64,000 nt of DNA from Candidatus Bathyarchaeia archaeon. Lineage in GTDB: Archaea > Thermoproteota > Bathyarchaeia > Bathyarchaeales > Bathycorpusculaceae. The notes beneath the pieces are model-generated. The model did no database searches. It was not told where the DNA came from and saw only the letters and a list, made by a program, of their open reading frames with translations. This document shows, piece after piece, positions 8,302 through 17,545 of the stretch. Position numbers and translations under genes: made by a program. The stretch covers positions 1 through 64,000 of the forward strand of contig JBEKOM010000009.1 of the NCBI GenBank assembly GCA_049521795.1, in the 5' to 3' direction. Numbering within the stretch: position 1 is the first letter of the stretch; every line of letters begins with the position of its first letter.

Positions 8302-8916
8302 ATGTTCAGGAACTCGGAAACGTACATGCCGACCTACACACTCATCGCCGTAAACGTTGCCGTCTACGGTTACACGTCTATTCTGAGTGGAAGCATCAAC
8401 AACACGAGCGATTGGGTTGTCTCGAGTTACGGGCAGAACAACTTTTTAGTCCTCAACGGCGAAGCCTGGAGACTCTTGACAGCCATTTTCATTCATGCTA
8501 ACCTCCTACACATCGTCGGAAACATGCTCTTCCTGCTGATATTCGGACTGAGAGCCGAAAAGCTGTTTGACCTCAAAGAATACTTGTCAGTCTATTTCCT
8601 AAGCGGGTTAGCTGGCGGACTTCTCACGCTTCTGATGGGCCCTGATACTTGGTCGATCGGAGCTTCGGGCGCAATCTTCGGCATGCTTGGAGCGTGCACG
8701 ATCTACGCCAGACGTTCTATCGGTCAATCGATCATGTATGCATTATTGTACTCTTTCTTCTTCTTAGTCATCAACATTGGCCCAGATGTTAACGTTCTTG
8801 CGCACATTGGCGGCCTGGTTACCGGATTACTGATCGGTTACCTGCTGGCAATGACGCGCAAGCCTCAGCAAACAGTCACATATCAGTACAACTATCCCAG
8901 TTTTTACAGTGGATAG
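8302..8916 (+). CDS. Rhomboid intramembrane serine protease
   Basis: 'WRLLTAIFIHANLLHIVGNM', catalytic 'GASG' and 'AHIGG'. Confidence 0.93.
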   Translation: MFRNSETYMPTYTLIAVNVAVYGYTSILSGSINNTSDWVVSSYGQNNFLVLNGEAWRLLTAIFIHANLLHIVGNMLFLLIFGLRAEKLFDLKEYLSVYFLSGLAGGLLTLLMGPDTWSIGASGAIFGMLGACTIYARRSIGQSIMYALLYSFFFLVINIGPDVNVLAHIGGLVTGLLIGYLLAMTRKPQQTVTYQYNYPSFYSG

Positions 8917-9056
8917 GAACGAGCCCCTCACTACGCTAATTGCAAGGTGCTCTGGTCAATCAGTCTGTCGACTTCTTCAAGGAAACACACACACGTGCTC
9001 TTTTTGATGTCAGCGGGCGCTAGGATTCGACGTTGGCGAGTATGCTCAGTTTTCGT

Positions 9057-9500
9057 CTAGTGTTCTGCTGCTCCCCTGGCCGCTTCCTTTCCTATTGTCG
9101 CACGTTTGGATTCAAAAGCCTTTTCGGTCCTCTTCGCCTCTTCCGTATCCCTTATTGCCCTTTCCTTTTCCTTGGGAATCAACTCGTTCAGTTTGTCAAT
9201 TAGGCGAGTGGCCTCTTTTTCATCGAGGGGAATCGTCAGGTCCTTTCGCGAAGGAATGTCTATCTTGACTCTTCCTTTCTTGTCTAGGCCAACAGACCTT
9301 ATGTCTCGCAGCCGAACGTCGAGAGGGATCGCTGTCTGGAACAATAAACCCACACTGTCCCGAAAAGCGGGTTTTGCCTCCATCAGCTTCTCCAACTCCC
9401 TCCTGGCGCCTTCTTTCAAGTCAACCTTCAGAAGAGTCGTGTAAAGTCTGACTACAAAGTGGGGCTTATCAACTGTCATCACAGCGTCTTCATCACTCAT
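9057..9500 (-). CDS. Hypothetical protein
   Basis: 147-aa ORF with protein-like composition and a coiled C-terminus; no family recognised. Confidence 0.7.
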   Translation of the reverse strand: MSDEDAVMTVDKPHFVVRLYTTLLKVDLKEGARRELEKLMEAKPAFRDSVGLLFQTAIPLDVRLRDIRSVGLDKKGRVKIDIPSRKDLTIPLDEKEATRLIDKLNELIPKEKERAIRDTEEAKRTEKAFESKRATIGKEAARGAAEH

Positions 9501-9812
9501 ATCAAGCCACGACTGATCGTATGAACAGTAGTTGATTTAAGATTTACTCCATGCAAAACTTGCCGCACTTGCGGGCGAACGCAAAGCTTGGAATACGTGT
9601 GAAAACGTTGTCATCACTATCAGCTTGACAGCGTCGTAGAAAGCAACGGCAGTAAACTGAACATCGAGAAATGTTCGTATGAACCCCTCGTCAATTAGCG
9701 TGCGTACAAGATGAGGTGCGACGGCGGAGCGCGTTGAGCGGTCACTATCCTTGCCCAGACTCTCTGCTAAGCCCCCTGCACATGCTCGCCTTCAAGTCCG
9801 TACAAATCCAGT

Positions 9813-9919
9813 GGGACCTTGCGCAACGCCTACGTGCAGTACTAGCACCCTAGGGGGAGGGGGAGGGCGGAATAGACGGGGTCAAAACGCGAATACAGGG
9901 ATGTAGCGTATTCCACAAA
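9813..9919 (-). repeat. Dispersed intergenic repeat, copy 1
   Basis: Reverse complement of 9884-9919 is identical over 36 nt to 20509-20544, and similarity continues for about 70 nt more. Confidence 0.9.
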
Positions 9920-9952
9920 CGCTGAGCGCAGAGAAGAAAAGGGACTTCGCGT

Positions 9953-11044
9953 TTAGAAAGTTGTGAAGCCGCTGACCGTTTTCTTGTCGAACCTTTTGAC
10001 CAGTTCCAGCGTCAGCTTTGTGGCGTTTTCCACGTCTTCAAAGCTCAGGATGCCGACGTGTGAGTGTATGTGGCGGGTTGGCACGCCTATGACTATGCTG
10101 GGGCATCCCGCTCTGCTCATGTGAATCCTGCCTGCGTCCGATCCTCCTCCTGCGACCACCGAGAGCTGGTAAGGAATCTTCAGCTTCTTTGCAGTGTCTA
10201 TGACAAACTCCTTCAAAGCCTGGTTCGGAATCATGGAACTGTCAAACGTGAGTATCGAAGGGCCCTTGCCCATTCTGGCCGGTGCTTCCTGGGGCTGAAC
10301 TCCTGGAACGTCGCCTGCGATGTCAACTTCTAGCACGATAGCTACGTCTGGGTCAACGATGTGAGAAACCGTCGCTGCACCCCTCGCTCCGACTTCTTCC
10401 TGCACCGTGGCCGCGCCGTAAACTGTGTTCGGATGCTTTACCTTCTCCTCCGAAAGTCTGCGCACAACTTCCATGGCGATGAACGCGCCTATCCTGTCGT
10501 CAAAAGCCTTTCCCATCCCAAGCTTGCCGCCGCGTATAGTCGAGAAACCCGAGTAAGGCACAACGGGGTCGCCTATCTTGAGACCCATAGCCTCAGCTTC
10601 CTTCTTGCTCGTCGCACCGACGTCAATGTACATCATCTTCTTCTCAACCACCTTCTTCTGCTCCTCAGGCGGCAGCAGATGCGGCGGCTTCGCTGCGATC
10701 ACGCCGTGCAAGTCGCCCTTCTCGGTTCTCACCACCACGCGCTGAGACAGTAGCACCTGATCCCACCATCCGCCCAACGGGTTGAACGAGAGGAAGCCAG
10801 TTCTATCATCTATGCCCGAAACGACGAACCCAACCTCATCAATGTGCCCGCAAAGCAGAACCCGAGGCTGCTCCGCTGTTCCTCTGTGAGTGAAGATAAC
10901 CGAACCAAGCTTATCCGTGGTCACCTTATCAGCATACGCTTTCACAGCCTTCTTCACGATCGCCGCCGTCTCAACCTCAAACCCAGCCGGCCCGAAGGAC
11001 TCAAGCATTTCTTTCAAAAGACCCAGAGACCTTTTGTCTACCAT
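9953..11044 (-). CDS. M42 family (TET) aminopeptidase
   Basis: 'GHIDEVG', 'KAFDDRIG', 'VQEEVG', 'GGSDAG', 'RHIHS' metal ligands. Confidence 0.95.
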   Translation of the reverse strand: MVDKRSLGLLKEMLESFGPAGFEVETAAIVKKAVKAYADKVTTDKLGSVIFTHRGTAEQPRVLLCGHIDEVGFVVSGIDDRTGFLSFNPLGGWWDQVLLSQRVVVRTEKGDLHGVIAAKPPHLLPPEEQKKVVEKKMMYIDVGATSKKEAEAMGLKIGDPVVPYSGFSTIRGGKLGMGKAFDDRIGAFIAMEVVRRLSEEKVKHPNTVYGAATVQEEVGARGAATVSHIVDPDVAIVLEVDIAGDVPGVQPQEAPARMGKGPSILTFDSSMIPNQALKEFVIDTAKKLKIPYQLSVVAGGGSDAGRIHMSRAGCPSIVIGVPTRHIHSHVGILSFEDVENATKLTLELVKRFDKKTVSGFTTF

Positions 11045-11261
11045 GTTTCATTTCACACCTTCACGTTGATTTGTGGTCTCTATATATCTCTATATTTATG
11101 TGCTTTGTGCCCATACAACCTGAGCTTGAATCAGTCAAAGATTACTCCACTTCAGTTTGCTGAAAAAAGGTTACTCTCAAACACTTTTTCGCTCATTCCC
11201 TGCAAAACTCAGTTATATATAGAACATTCAGAGCTCTGAAAACAGTCAGGGGCTGTCGGTT

Positions 11262-11825
11262 TTGAACCGCCGCAGGTTCTATGGTGACGAAACGGAAAGG
11301 CGAAAGTGGCAGAATGCTGAAGCCATCCTGACCGCCATCGGCTTGAAAGCCAGTTTGACCTTTATCGATGTTGGCTGTGGAGAAGGCTTCTTCGCTATCC
11401 CAGCCGCAAAAATCGTCGGCAGGAAAGGCAGAGTGTACGCTCTAGACCTCGACGAGGACGCGATCACAGAGTTGAAGAAAGAAGCCGCAAGTCAAGGCTT
11501 GAAAAACCTCACCGCAGTAGTCGGCGGGGCTGAAGACACGGTCTTCTGTGAAGCCTGCGCCGACATCGTTTTCTTCGGCATCGTCCTCCATGACTTCAAT
11601 GTGCCAGCCAAGGTCTTGGCCAACGCTAAGACTATGCTCAAGCCTGCGGGGCGACTGGTTGATCTAGACTGGAAAAAAGAACCCACGGGCTTCGGTCCAC
11701 CGTTACAGATCCGTTTCAGTGAGGAACAGGCCTCCAATATGATCAGAGAGGCAGGCTTCAAAGTGGAACAGGCAAGACAAGCCGGACCCTTCCACTATAT
11801 CATCATAGCAACTCATCGAGCTTGA
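11262..11825 (+). CDS. Class I SAM-dependent methyltransferase
   Basis: 'FIDVGCGEG' motif I, 'VYALD', 'LKPAGRL'. Confidence 0.9.
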   Translation: MNRRRFYGDETERRKWQNAEAILTAIGLKASLTFIDVGCGEGFFAIPAAKIVGRKGRVYALDLDEDAITELKKEAASQGLKNLTAVVGGAEDTVFCEACADIVFFGIVLHDFNVPAKVLANAKTMLKPAGRLVDLDWKKEPTGFGPPLQIRFSEEQASNMIREAGFKVEQARQAGPFHYIIIATHRA

Positions 11826-11994
11826 GACGGTCCAGAAAAAAGTGTCCAGGTCAAAACCTCAACTGACCGGTTAGCTCTGACTTCAACGGCATTTCGATCG
11901 GTTTATTCTTTAACGTCAGATGGGTTGACGAATAGGATGCGAAAAGACGACTCAAACGCGGTTTGAAGTATGCTACAAAAAAGATGGGAATAAA

Positions 11995-13299
11995 TTATGG
12001 CCCTTTCTTCGTGATCTCCTTGATGATGCCCGCGGCCACTGTGGTGCCCATGTCTCTGACTGCGAAGCGTCCTAGCTCTTCGAACTCGGCGAAGGTTTCT
12101 ACGGCAATGGGGTGAAGCGGCTCCATCTTGACTATTGCAGCGTCTCCGGTCTTAAGGAAGGCAGGCTTTTCCTCGACAACTTGTCCGGTTCGTGGGTCGA
12201 TCTTTCTTATCAGCTCTGTCATTTTGCAGGCAACCTGCCCTGTGTGATAGTGCAGCACCGGTGTGTAGCCTGCTGCGACGGCTGTCGGATGATAGATCAC
12301 AATTATCTGTCCGATGAACTCTTTGGCCACCGTCGGCGGGTTTGGGACGTGTCCACACACATCTCCGCGGTGGATGTCCGTTTTGGCCACGCCTCTGATG
12401 TTGAAGCCTATGTTGTCGCCTGGTTCAGCTTTCGGAATCCTTTCGTGGTGCATTTCCAGCGATTTGACTTCGCCCTGCTTGTTGCTTGGCATGAAGATGA
12501 CAACATCGTTTTCTTTGATCACGCCGGTTTCGACTCTGCCGACTGGAACGGTGCCTACGCCTGTGATGCTGTACACGTCTTGAATTGGAACTCGTAACGG
12601 CTTGTTCGTGGGTTTAGAAGGCACTTCAAAGGTGTCCAACGCTTCAATGAGTGTTGGTCCCGTGTACCATGCCATGTGCTCGCTTTTCTTCACCAAGTTT
12701 TCTCCTGTCCAGCCTGATGTGGGGACGAACGGAATCTTTTCAATCTTGAAACCCACCATCTTGAGCATTCTGCCTACTTCGTTCTTGATTTCGTTGTATC
12801 GTTCTTGGCTATAGTTGACTGAAACGTCGTCCATCTTGTTGACGGCAACGATTAGTTGGCGAACACCCAGGGTGAAGGCCAGGAACGCGTGTTCCCTGGT
12901 CTGCCCGCCCGGTCCTATGCCAGCTTCAAATTCTCCTCTTCTGGAGGAGCAGAACAGTATAGCTCCGTCAGCTTGGCTTGCGCCAGTAATCATGTTTTTG
13001 ACGAAGTCTCTGTGACCTGGCGCATCTATGACGGTGAAGTAATACCTCTTGGTCTCAAACTTCAGAAACCTAAGGTCTATTGTCAAGCCTCTTTCTCGTT
13101 CCTCTTTAAGGTTATCCAGCACCCATGCAAACTTGAAGCTCTCTTTTCCAGCTAACTTGGCTTCCTCTTCATACTGCTTTACCAGTCGCTCTTCAACTGC
13201 TCCTGCGAGATAGAGCAGGTGTCCCGTTGTGGTTGATTTTCCGTGGTCTACGTGTCCCATGATCACGAGGTTCATGTGCGGCTTTCCTACTTTGCTCAT
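11995..13299 (-). CDS. tuf: Translation elongation factor aEF-1alpha
   Basis: 'GHVDHGKST', 'ERERGLTID', 'DAPGHRDF', 'NKMD', 'GRFAVRDM'; start ATG 13299 after AGGAGGAG. Confidence 0.98.
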   Translation of the reverse strand: MSKVGKPHMNLVIMGHVDHGKSTTTGHLLYLAGAVEERLVKQYEEEAKLAGKESFKFAWVLDNLKEERERGLTIDLRFLKFETKRYYFTVIDAPGHRDFVKNMITGASQADGAILFCSSRRGEFEAGIGPGGQTREHAFLAFTLGVRQLIVAVNKMDDVSVNYSQERYNEIKNEVGRMLKMVGFKIEKIPFVPTSGWTGENLVKKSEHMAWYTGPTLIEALDTFEVPSKPTNKPLRVPIQDVYSITGVGTVPVGRVETGVIKENDVVIFMPSNKQGEVKSLEMHHERIPKAEPGDNIGFNIRGVAKTDIHRGDVCGHVPNPPTVAKEFIGQIIVIYHPTAVAAGYTPVLHYHTGQVACKMTELIRKIDPRTGQVVEEKPAFLKTGDAAIVKMEPLHPIAVETFAEFEELGRFAVRDMGTTVAAGIIKEITKKGP

Positions 13300-13361
13300 T
13301 TCTTCTCCTCCTGTTTTCTGAAATCTCCATTGAATTTTGGTGAATTCGTTTACACAACTGT

Positions 13362-13631
13362 TCATTCAGTTATTTTAAGTTTATCATATTCGGCCGAATG
13401 TTCGTTTGGCGTTTGGGAACGATATACGGAAAATCTTTTCGGTCTTCGGTAGTAGCTGACATGCGTTTCTCCTATTTTGCGCTCGTCGTATTTCTGAAAG
13501 CCAGCTAACCCCAACTTCCTGATTTCTTCTTCGGTTGTGGCCGCGGCGACTTCAAACTTGTCGTCCTTGATATTGATCATGCTGACATATTTCATTGTGT
13601 TTTCAATTCACTTGTGTCCGAGTAGCCCTGC
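13362..13631 (-). pseudogene. C-terminal relic of a tyrosine integrase
   Basis: In-frame reading 'LLGHK*IENTMKY...DDKFEVAAATTEEEIRKLGLAGFQKY...YRRPK' gives the LGH-x7-Y catalytic box, with TGA at 13608-13610; upstream part is missing. Confidence 0.8.
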
Positions 13632-13691
13632 ACTATGCAAAGATTCCAAAAATGCCTAGACCATTTTGCGAAAAATGTTGGTGCCAAGGAT

Positions 13692-14246
13692 TTAGCCTCG
13701 TAATCTTGGAGGCTTTTTGTATATCTGCTCTCGCCATTTTCGTTCCCAGCTAGCCCATCCTGTCTTCACAAGGCTTTCTCTTAGATTGGGTCTTTCAGCA
13801 ACCCACTCCAGTAACGTCCAGAAGCGTGTCTTATCTCTGAGTATTTCTTCTGGGACTCCTTCTTCAACACACCATCTTACGTAGCCTCTGTCAACCATGT
13901 CCTTCAGCTCGCCTGTGTTTTTTACCGTTTGAACGTTGAACCCTCTGTTTTGCAGGTGTTTTCGAACGCTGGACAGAACATATTCTGAACACACTTTGAA
14001 ACAAGTTCCGACTTCAGGCTGCATGACCTGGATTATCTCGTCGGCAATTTTCACAGCGTCATCCAAGTATTTCTTGTTCTGGAATTCTGGCGGTTGAAAG
14101 GACGAGACTGGGATTCTGCGTTCCATGAGCATTGGGTTTGGAGGGCAAAGCGCCCCCACTACCACACCCAATAACAGGTCGCCCCATCCTACGGCGTCCA
14201 CTAGAATCTCCTTCCCAGAAAAATAGCAGTCCAACGCCAAAGACAA
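13692..14246 (-). CDS. Conserved hypothetical protein (possible RNase H-like fold)
   Basis: N-terminal 'ILVDAVGWGDLLLGVVVG' recalls the DxxGxG opening of RNase HII-like proteins; 'VKTGW' near the C-terminus. Confidence 0.65.
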   Translation of the reverse strand: MSLALDCYFSGKEILVDAVGWGDLLLGVVVGALCPPNPMLMERRIPVSSFQPPEFQNKKYLDDAVKIADEIIQVMQPEVGTCFKVCSEYVLSSVRKHLQNRGFNVQTVKNTGELKDMVDRGYVRWCVEEGVPEEILRDKTRFWTLLEWVAERPNLRESLVKTGWASWERKWREQIYKKPPRLRG

Positions 14247-14335
14247 TCACCGAGGATTCAAACACGCTATATTTGGTGTGTTTGTTTTTCTGTTTTTTGT
14301 TTCAAATCGACCGATTCTGCACACCGCAGACTGAA

Positions 14336-15079
14336 TTACCATTCGTCCCGCTTGCTAATCACGTCTTTCTTCATTGTATCTTCAATTTCTCGGTAGATGT
14401 CTTTTTCACTGTCTGAGACGACAGCTATGCCCTCACCTTCAATCCTCTTGACTATTGGGACTTTTTTCAGTCTGGATTCTCGTTTCTGTGGGAGATATTC
14501 GATCGTTGCCTCTTTCAAGGTGTAAGCACACATCTGTCCAGAAGACGACAGTTCGTACATTTCAACTTTGACCGCGTGAGGTCCTGGTTCCATTCCATTC
14601 AGGTCGACTACTGCCTTCAACGTAAACTCGTCGGTTGTGCCAAAACTATGCAGGATGTCAAATAGAACGGATTTAGTTCTTTTTTCGTCAAACCATAAAT
14701 CCGACTTTATCTTTGAAAAAGCATTCTTATCAGGAGCCAGCTTGAACTCAACGTCCAGAGTCAACTCATTCTCTTCAATCACTGAGCCAATCTTCGTAAT
14801 GATGATTTGCTTGTTCTGTTTATCTGGCGATTCAGCAGAAGAGGAAGGCAACAACTCTTCTTTTTCAGGTGGTTTTTTCTGAGGCTCTGCGGGCAGATTG
14901 TCCAACGTCAGTTGTTTACCTGTCTCATAGCTTGCACGCATTTTTTCTCTATCATGTTTTGTTTTCTTTCTTCTACCCATAACAACGGGGTTCATATGAT
15001 AGAATAAGGATTCTCGATAAATATATCTGACCAGAAGAAGACGGGATTTTGCGGGAGACGTCTCCATGTTGTGAGCCAT
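14336..15079 (-). CDS. Hypothetical protein
   Basis: Long ORF; true start probably later (MGRRKK, about 14980); beta-rich middle 'GPHAVKVEMYE'. Confidence 0.7.
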   Translation of the reverse strand: MAHNMETSPAKSRLLLVRYIYRESLFYHMNPVVMGRRKKTKHDREKMRASYETGKQLTLDNLPAEPQKKPPEKEELLPSSSAESPDKQNKQIIITKIGSVIEENELTLDVEFKLAPDKNAFSKIKSDLWFDEKRTKSVLFDILHSFGTTDEFTLKAVVDLNGMEPGPHAVKVEMYELSSSGQMCAYTLKEATIEYLPQKRESRLKKVPIVKRIEGEGIAVVSDSEKDIYREIEDTMKKDVISKRDEW

Positions 15080-15173
15080 ATAAGTTTATGATAAACAAAA
15101 ATGCTGAACTGCTCCGCATCGGAACGAATATAAAACTTGGCTTTTTGAGTTATAACCTGGACGAGTTTAAGTT

Positions 15174-16349
15174 ATGCCAGCAAACTTGCCTCATGACGCT
15201 AGAAAGAAATGGGCAGAGGTTGAAGCGACAAAGAATCCGAAAGAAAGACTCCAGCGCATGGAAGAGTTTCTGAGTTTGGTGCCGAAGCACAAGGGCACCG
15301 CGAAGACCTGCGCACAGGTCAAAAAACAGATGCGCGTCTTGCGGAGTGAGTTGGAAGAGAAGAAGAGGAAGAAGACCGGAAGAAGCGGACCCAAACTTTT
15401 CATAGAAAAAGAAGGTGCCGCCCAAATAGCTTTGATAAGCCTAACAAAAGCGGGAAAGAGCAGCTTGCTCTCAGCTGTTACCCACGCCAAGGTTGAAGTC
15501 TCAACCAATCCCTACACCACAAGGGAACCAGTGCCGGGAATAATGGATTATCAAGATATGCAGCTTCAAATCATTGAGGCTCCTGCACTCATTGAAGGAG
15601 CAGCGGACGGTCGGTCCTGGGGACCCAAGACTCTAGGCATCGCTCGGAACGCAGATGGGTTAATGCTTTTGGTCGACCTGTCGCAAGACCCCGTCAAGCA
15701 GATGTCTCTTATTTTGGAGGAAATGAGCAAGGCTCGCATATCAACGAGCAAACCGAAGTCAAGGGTTGAGGTTGAAAGAAGGTTCATGGGAGCCGGCTTG
15801 CGAATCATACTCACGGGAAAGCTTCTGGACTGCACCTTCAGGGATGTTGAGGAGTTGCTCAAGAGCTACAACGTTAGAGACGGAGTCGTGAAGATACACG
15901 GTGAAGCCACGCTGGGCGAAGTTGAAGACGCGATTTTTCAAAGCACCGTGTATAAGGCGGCCGTAGTAGTTGCAAACAAAATCGACATCAACGGAGCTGA
16001 AGGAAATCTGAAGCTTCTCAAGGCCTACCTAGGGAATAGGCTTCCGGTGGTCGCCGTTTCAAGCAAAAGAGGAACAGGTTTAAAGAACCTTGCCGAAACA
16101 TTGGTCAAGGCCTTGGAAATAATACGAGTCTACACGAAGGAACCTAATGAGAAGGAATACTCTAAGAAACCCTTTGTGCTTAGGAAGAACTCGACAATAT
16201 ATGATTTGGCGAGGAGCATTCACAGCGATTTCAAGGACAATTTCAACTTTGCCAAGGTTTGGTCCAGCCGTCTTGTCTTCAGCCCACAGAGGGTTGGGGC
16301 AAACTTCACTCTTGAGGATGGAGACGTCGTCGAGATTCACTTGAAATAA
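15174..16349 (+). CDS. DRG/OBG-family GTPase with TGS domain
   Basis: 'VPKHKGT', 'GKSSLL', 'PYTT', 'ANKID', TGS 'IRVYTK...LEDGDVVEIH'. Confidence 0.9.
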   Translation: MPANLPHDARKKWAEVEATKNPKERLQRMEEFLSLVPKHKGTAKTCAQVKKQMRVLRSELEEKKRKKTGRSGPKLFIEKEGAAQIALISLTKAGKSSLLSAVTHAKVEVSTNPYTTREPVPGIMDYQDMQLQIIEAPALIEGAADGRSWGPKTLGIARNADGLMLLVDLSQDPVKQMSLILEEMSKARISTSKPKSRVEVERRFMGAGLRIILTGKLLDCTFRDVEELLKSYNVRDGVVKIHGEATLGEVEDAIFQSTVYKAAVVVANKIDINGAEGNLKLLKAYLGNRLPVVAVSSKRGTGLKNLAETLVKALEIIRVYTKEPNEKEYSKKPFVLRKNSTIYDLARSIHSDFKDNFNFAKVWSSRLVFSPQRVGANFTLEDGDVVEIHLK

Positions 16350-16364
16350 GCCGCGAAACCTGCG

Positions 16365-16958
16365 CTATCTTGACGCCTGAGCTATCCTTTCGATTTCGTT
16401 GCGTTTGGCAACAGCAAAGCTCTTCATGTCGTTGTTTCCCGCCATTATCAATTCTTCTGCCAAACACTCCTCTGCTGAGCGAGGATTATTTAATGACGCC
16501 TGTCTGGCTCCCTCAGTTATGTTTCTCAGTGCTAGGTCGATTCTTCTCTGAGGTGCAACGTCCACGGAAAGGTGGTACACGATGCCACCGTAACTGATCC
16601 TTGTCGTGTCCTCACAGGGAGCAGAATTCTCCACAGCTTTTACCAGGACTTCAACTGGGTTCTTGCCAGTGCGAAGGTTGATTATCTCAAAAGCGATTTT
16701 GACCATGTTTATGATTCTGGCCTTTTTCCCAGAGTTCTTTCCAGGTCGCATCATATCGTTTATCAGCCTTTCCACGATGCTGACGTTTGCTTTCCGAAAA
16801 CGCTTGTGCTCATGTCTCCCCATGCTGTGAGGAATCACAATCGGTCTCAGTGAAATATATCTCTGCAGCCCGACGTCCCTGACTTCCACACCCTTGAAAC
16901 TCCATTTCGCGAAAAGCTTTATCTCTTTTTCCGGTTTCTCCGCTTGCTTCTGACTCAA
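16365..16958 (-). CDS. rps7: 30S ribosomal protein S7 (uS7)
   Basis: '[26 protein letters not shown]', '[10 protein letters not shown]', 'ERIAQASR'; TTG 16958 after GGTGA (GTG 16967 is an alternative). Confidence 0.97.
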   Translation of the reverse strand: MSQKQAEKPEKEIKLFAKWSFKGVEVRDVGLQRYISLRPIVIPHSMGRHEHKRFRKANVSIVERLINDMMRPGKNSGKKARIINMVKIAFEIINLRTGKNPVEVLVKAVENSAPCEDTTRISYGGIVYHLSVDVAPQRRIDLALRNITEGARQASLNNPRSAEECLAEELIMAGNNDMKSFAVAKRNEIERIAQASR

Positions 16959-16963
16959 AATGT

Positions 16964-17404
16964 TCACCGAGCTGGCTTCTGCTTTCGCCCATAGACGAGT
17001 TCGTTGAGAGAAACACCGTTGACCGTTATGACCTTCCACCGCACCCCCGGAATGTCGCCCATGCTTCTGCCTCGTGAACCTCCGATGCCTTCGACTAGGA
17101 CCTCATCGTGCTCGTCAACCACGTTTAGAGCTCCATCTCCAGGCAAGAAGGCAGTGATCGCTCGGCCATTCTTGATCAGCTGGGTTCTCACGCATTTCCT
17201 TATAGCGCTGTTGGGCTGCTTGCTTTCAACACCCACTTTTTCAAGAACGATGCCACGCCCCATGGGTGCTCCTTCAAGAGGATCAGCCTTGACGTCCAAC
17301 CTCAGCATTCGACGCTTGTAGTACATGCTGCTCCAGCGGTACTTCTTCCTTTTCTCCACGAGCGCTCTTGCGGCGAATTCGCCTCTTGGGGATTTAGAAC
17401 CCAT
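16964..17404 (-). CDS. rps12: 30S ribosomal protein S12 (uS12)
   Basis: '[12 protein letters not shown]', '[10 protein letters not shown]'; start ATG 17404. Confidence 0.98.
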   Translation of the reverse strand: MGSKSPRGEFAARALVEKRKKYRWSSMYYKRRMLRLDVKADPLEGAPMGRGIVLEKVGVESKQPNSAIRKCVRTQLIKNGRAITAFLPGDGALNVVDEHDEVLVEGIGGSRGRSMGDIPGVRWKVITVNGVSLNELVYGRKQKPAR

Positions 17405-17545
17405 GCGTGGTTTCCTCTGGCTACGTCTAATCATCAGACTGATATTTAAACTGAGCTACACCATCATACCGCGCGTGTCATCTGACGGCGTTTGAAATCA
17501 AAGGCTTTAAGGAACCTGATTCCACCAGTTGAGCAGAGAGGATGA

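Noticed and set aside
13300-13365. 22-aa N-terminal extension of aEF-1alpha in the ORF track
   Set aside because: A strong SD precedes ATG 13299 and family similarity begins there.
13608-13610. In-frame TGA as selenocysteine or programmed readthrough
   Set aside because: The position is not a Cys site and the upstream integrase body is missing; a nonsense mutation is simpler.
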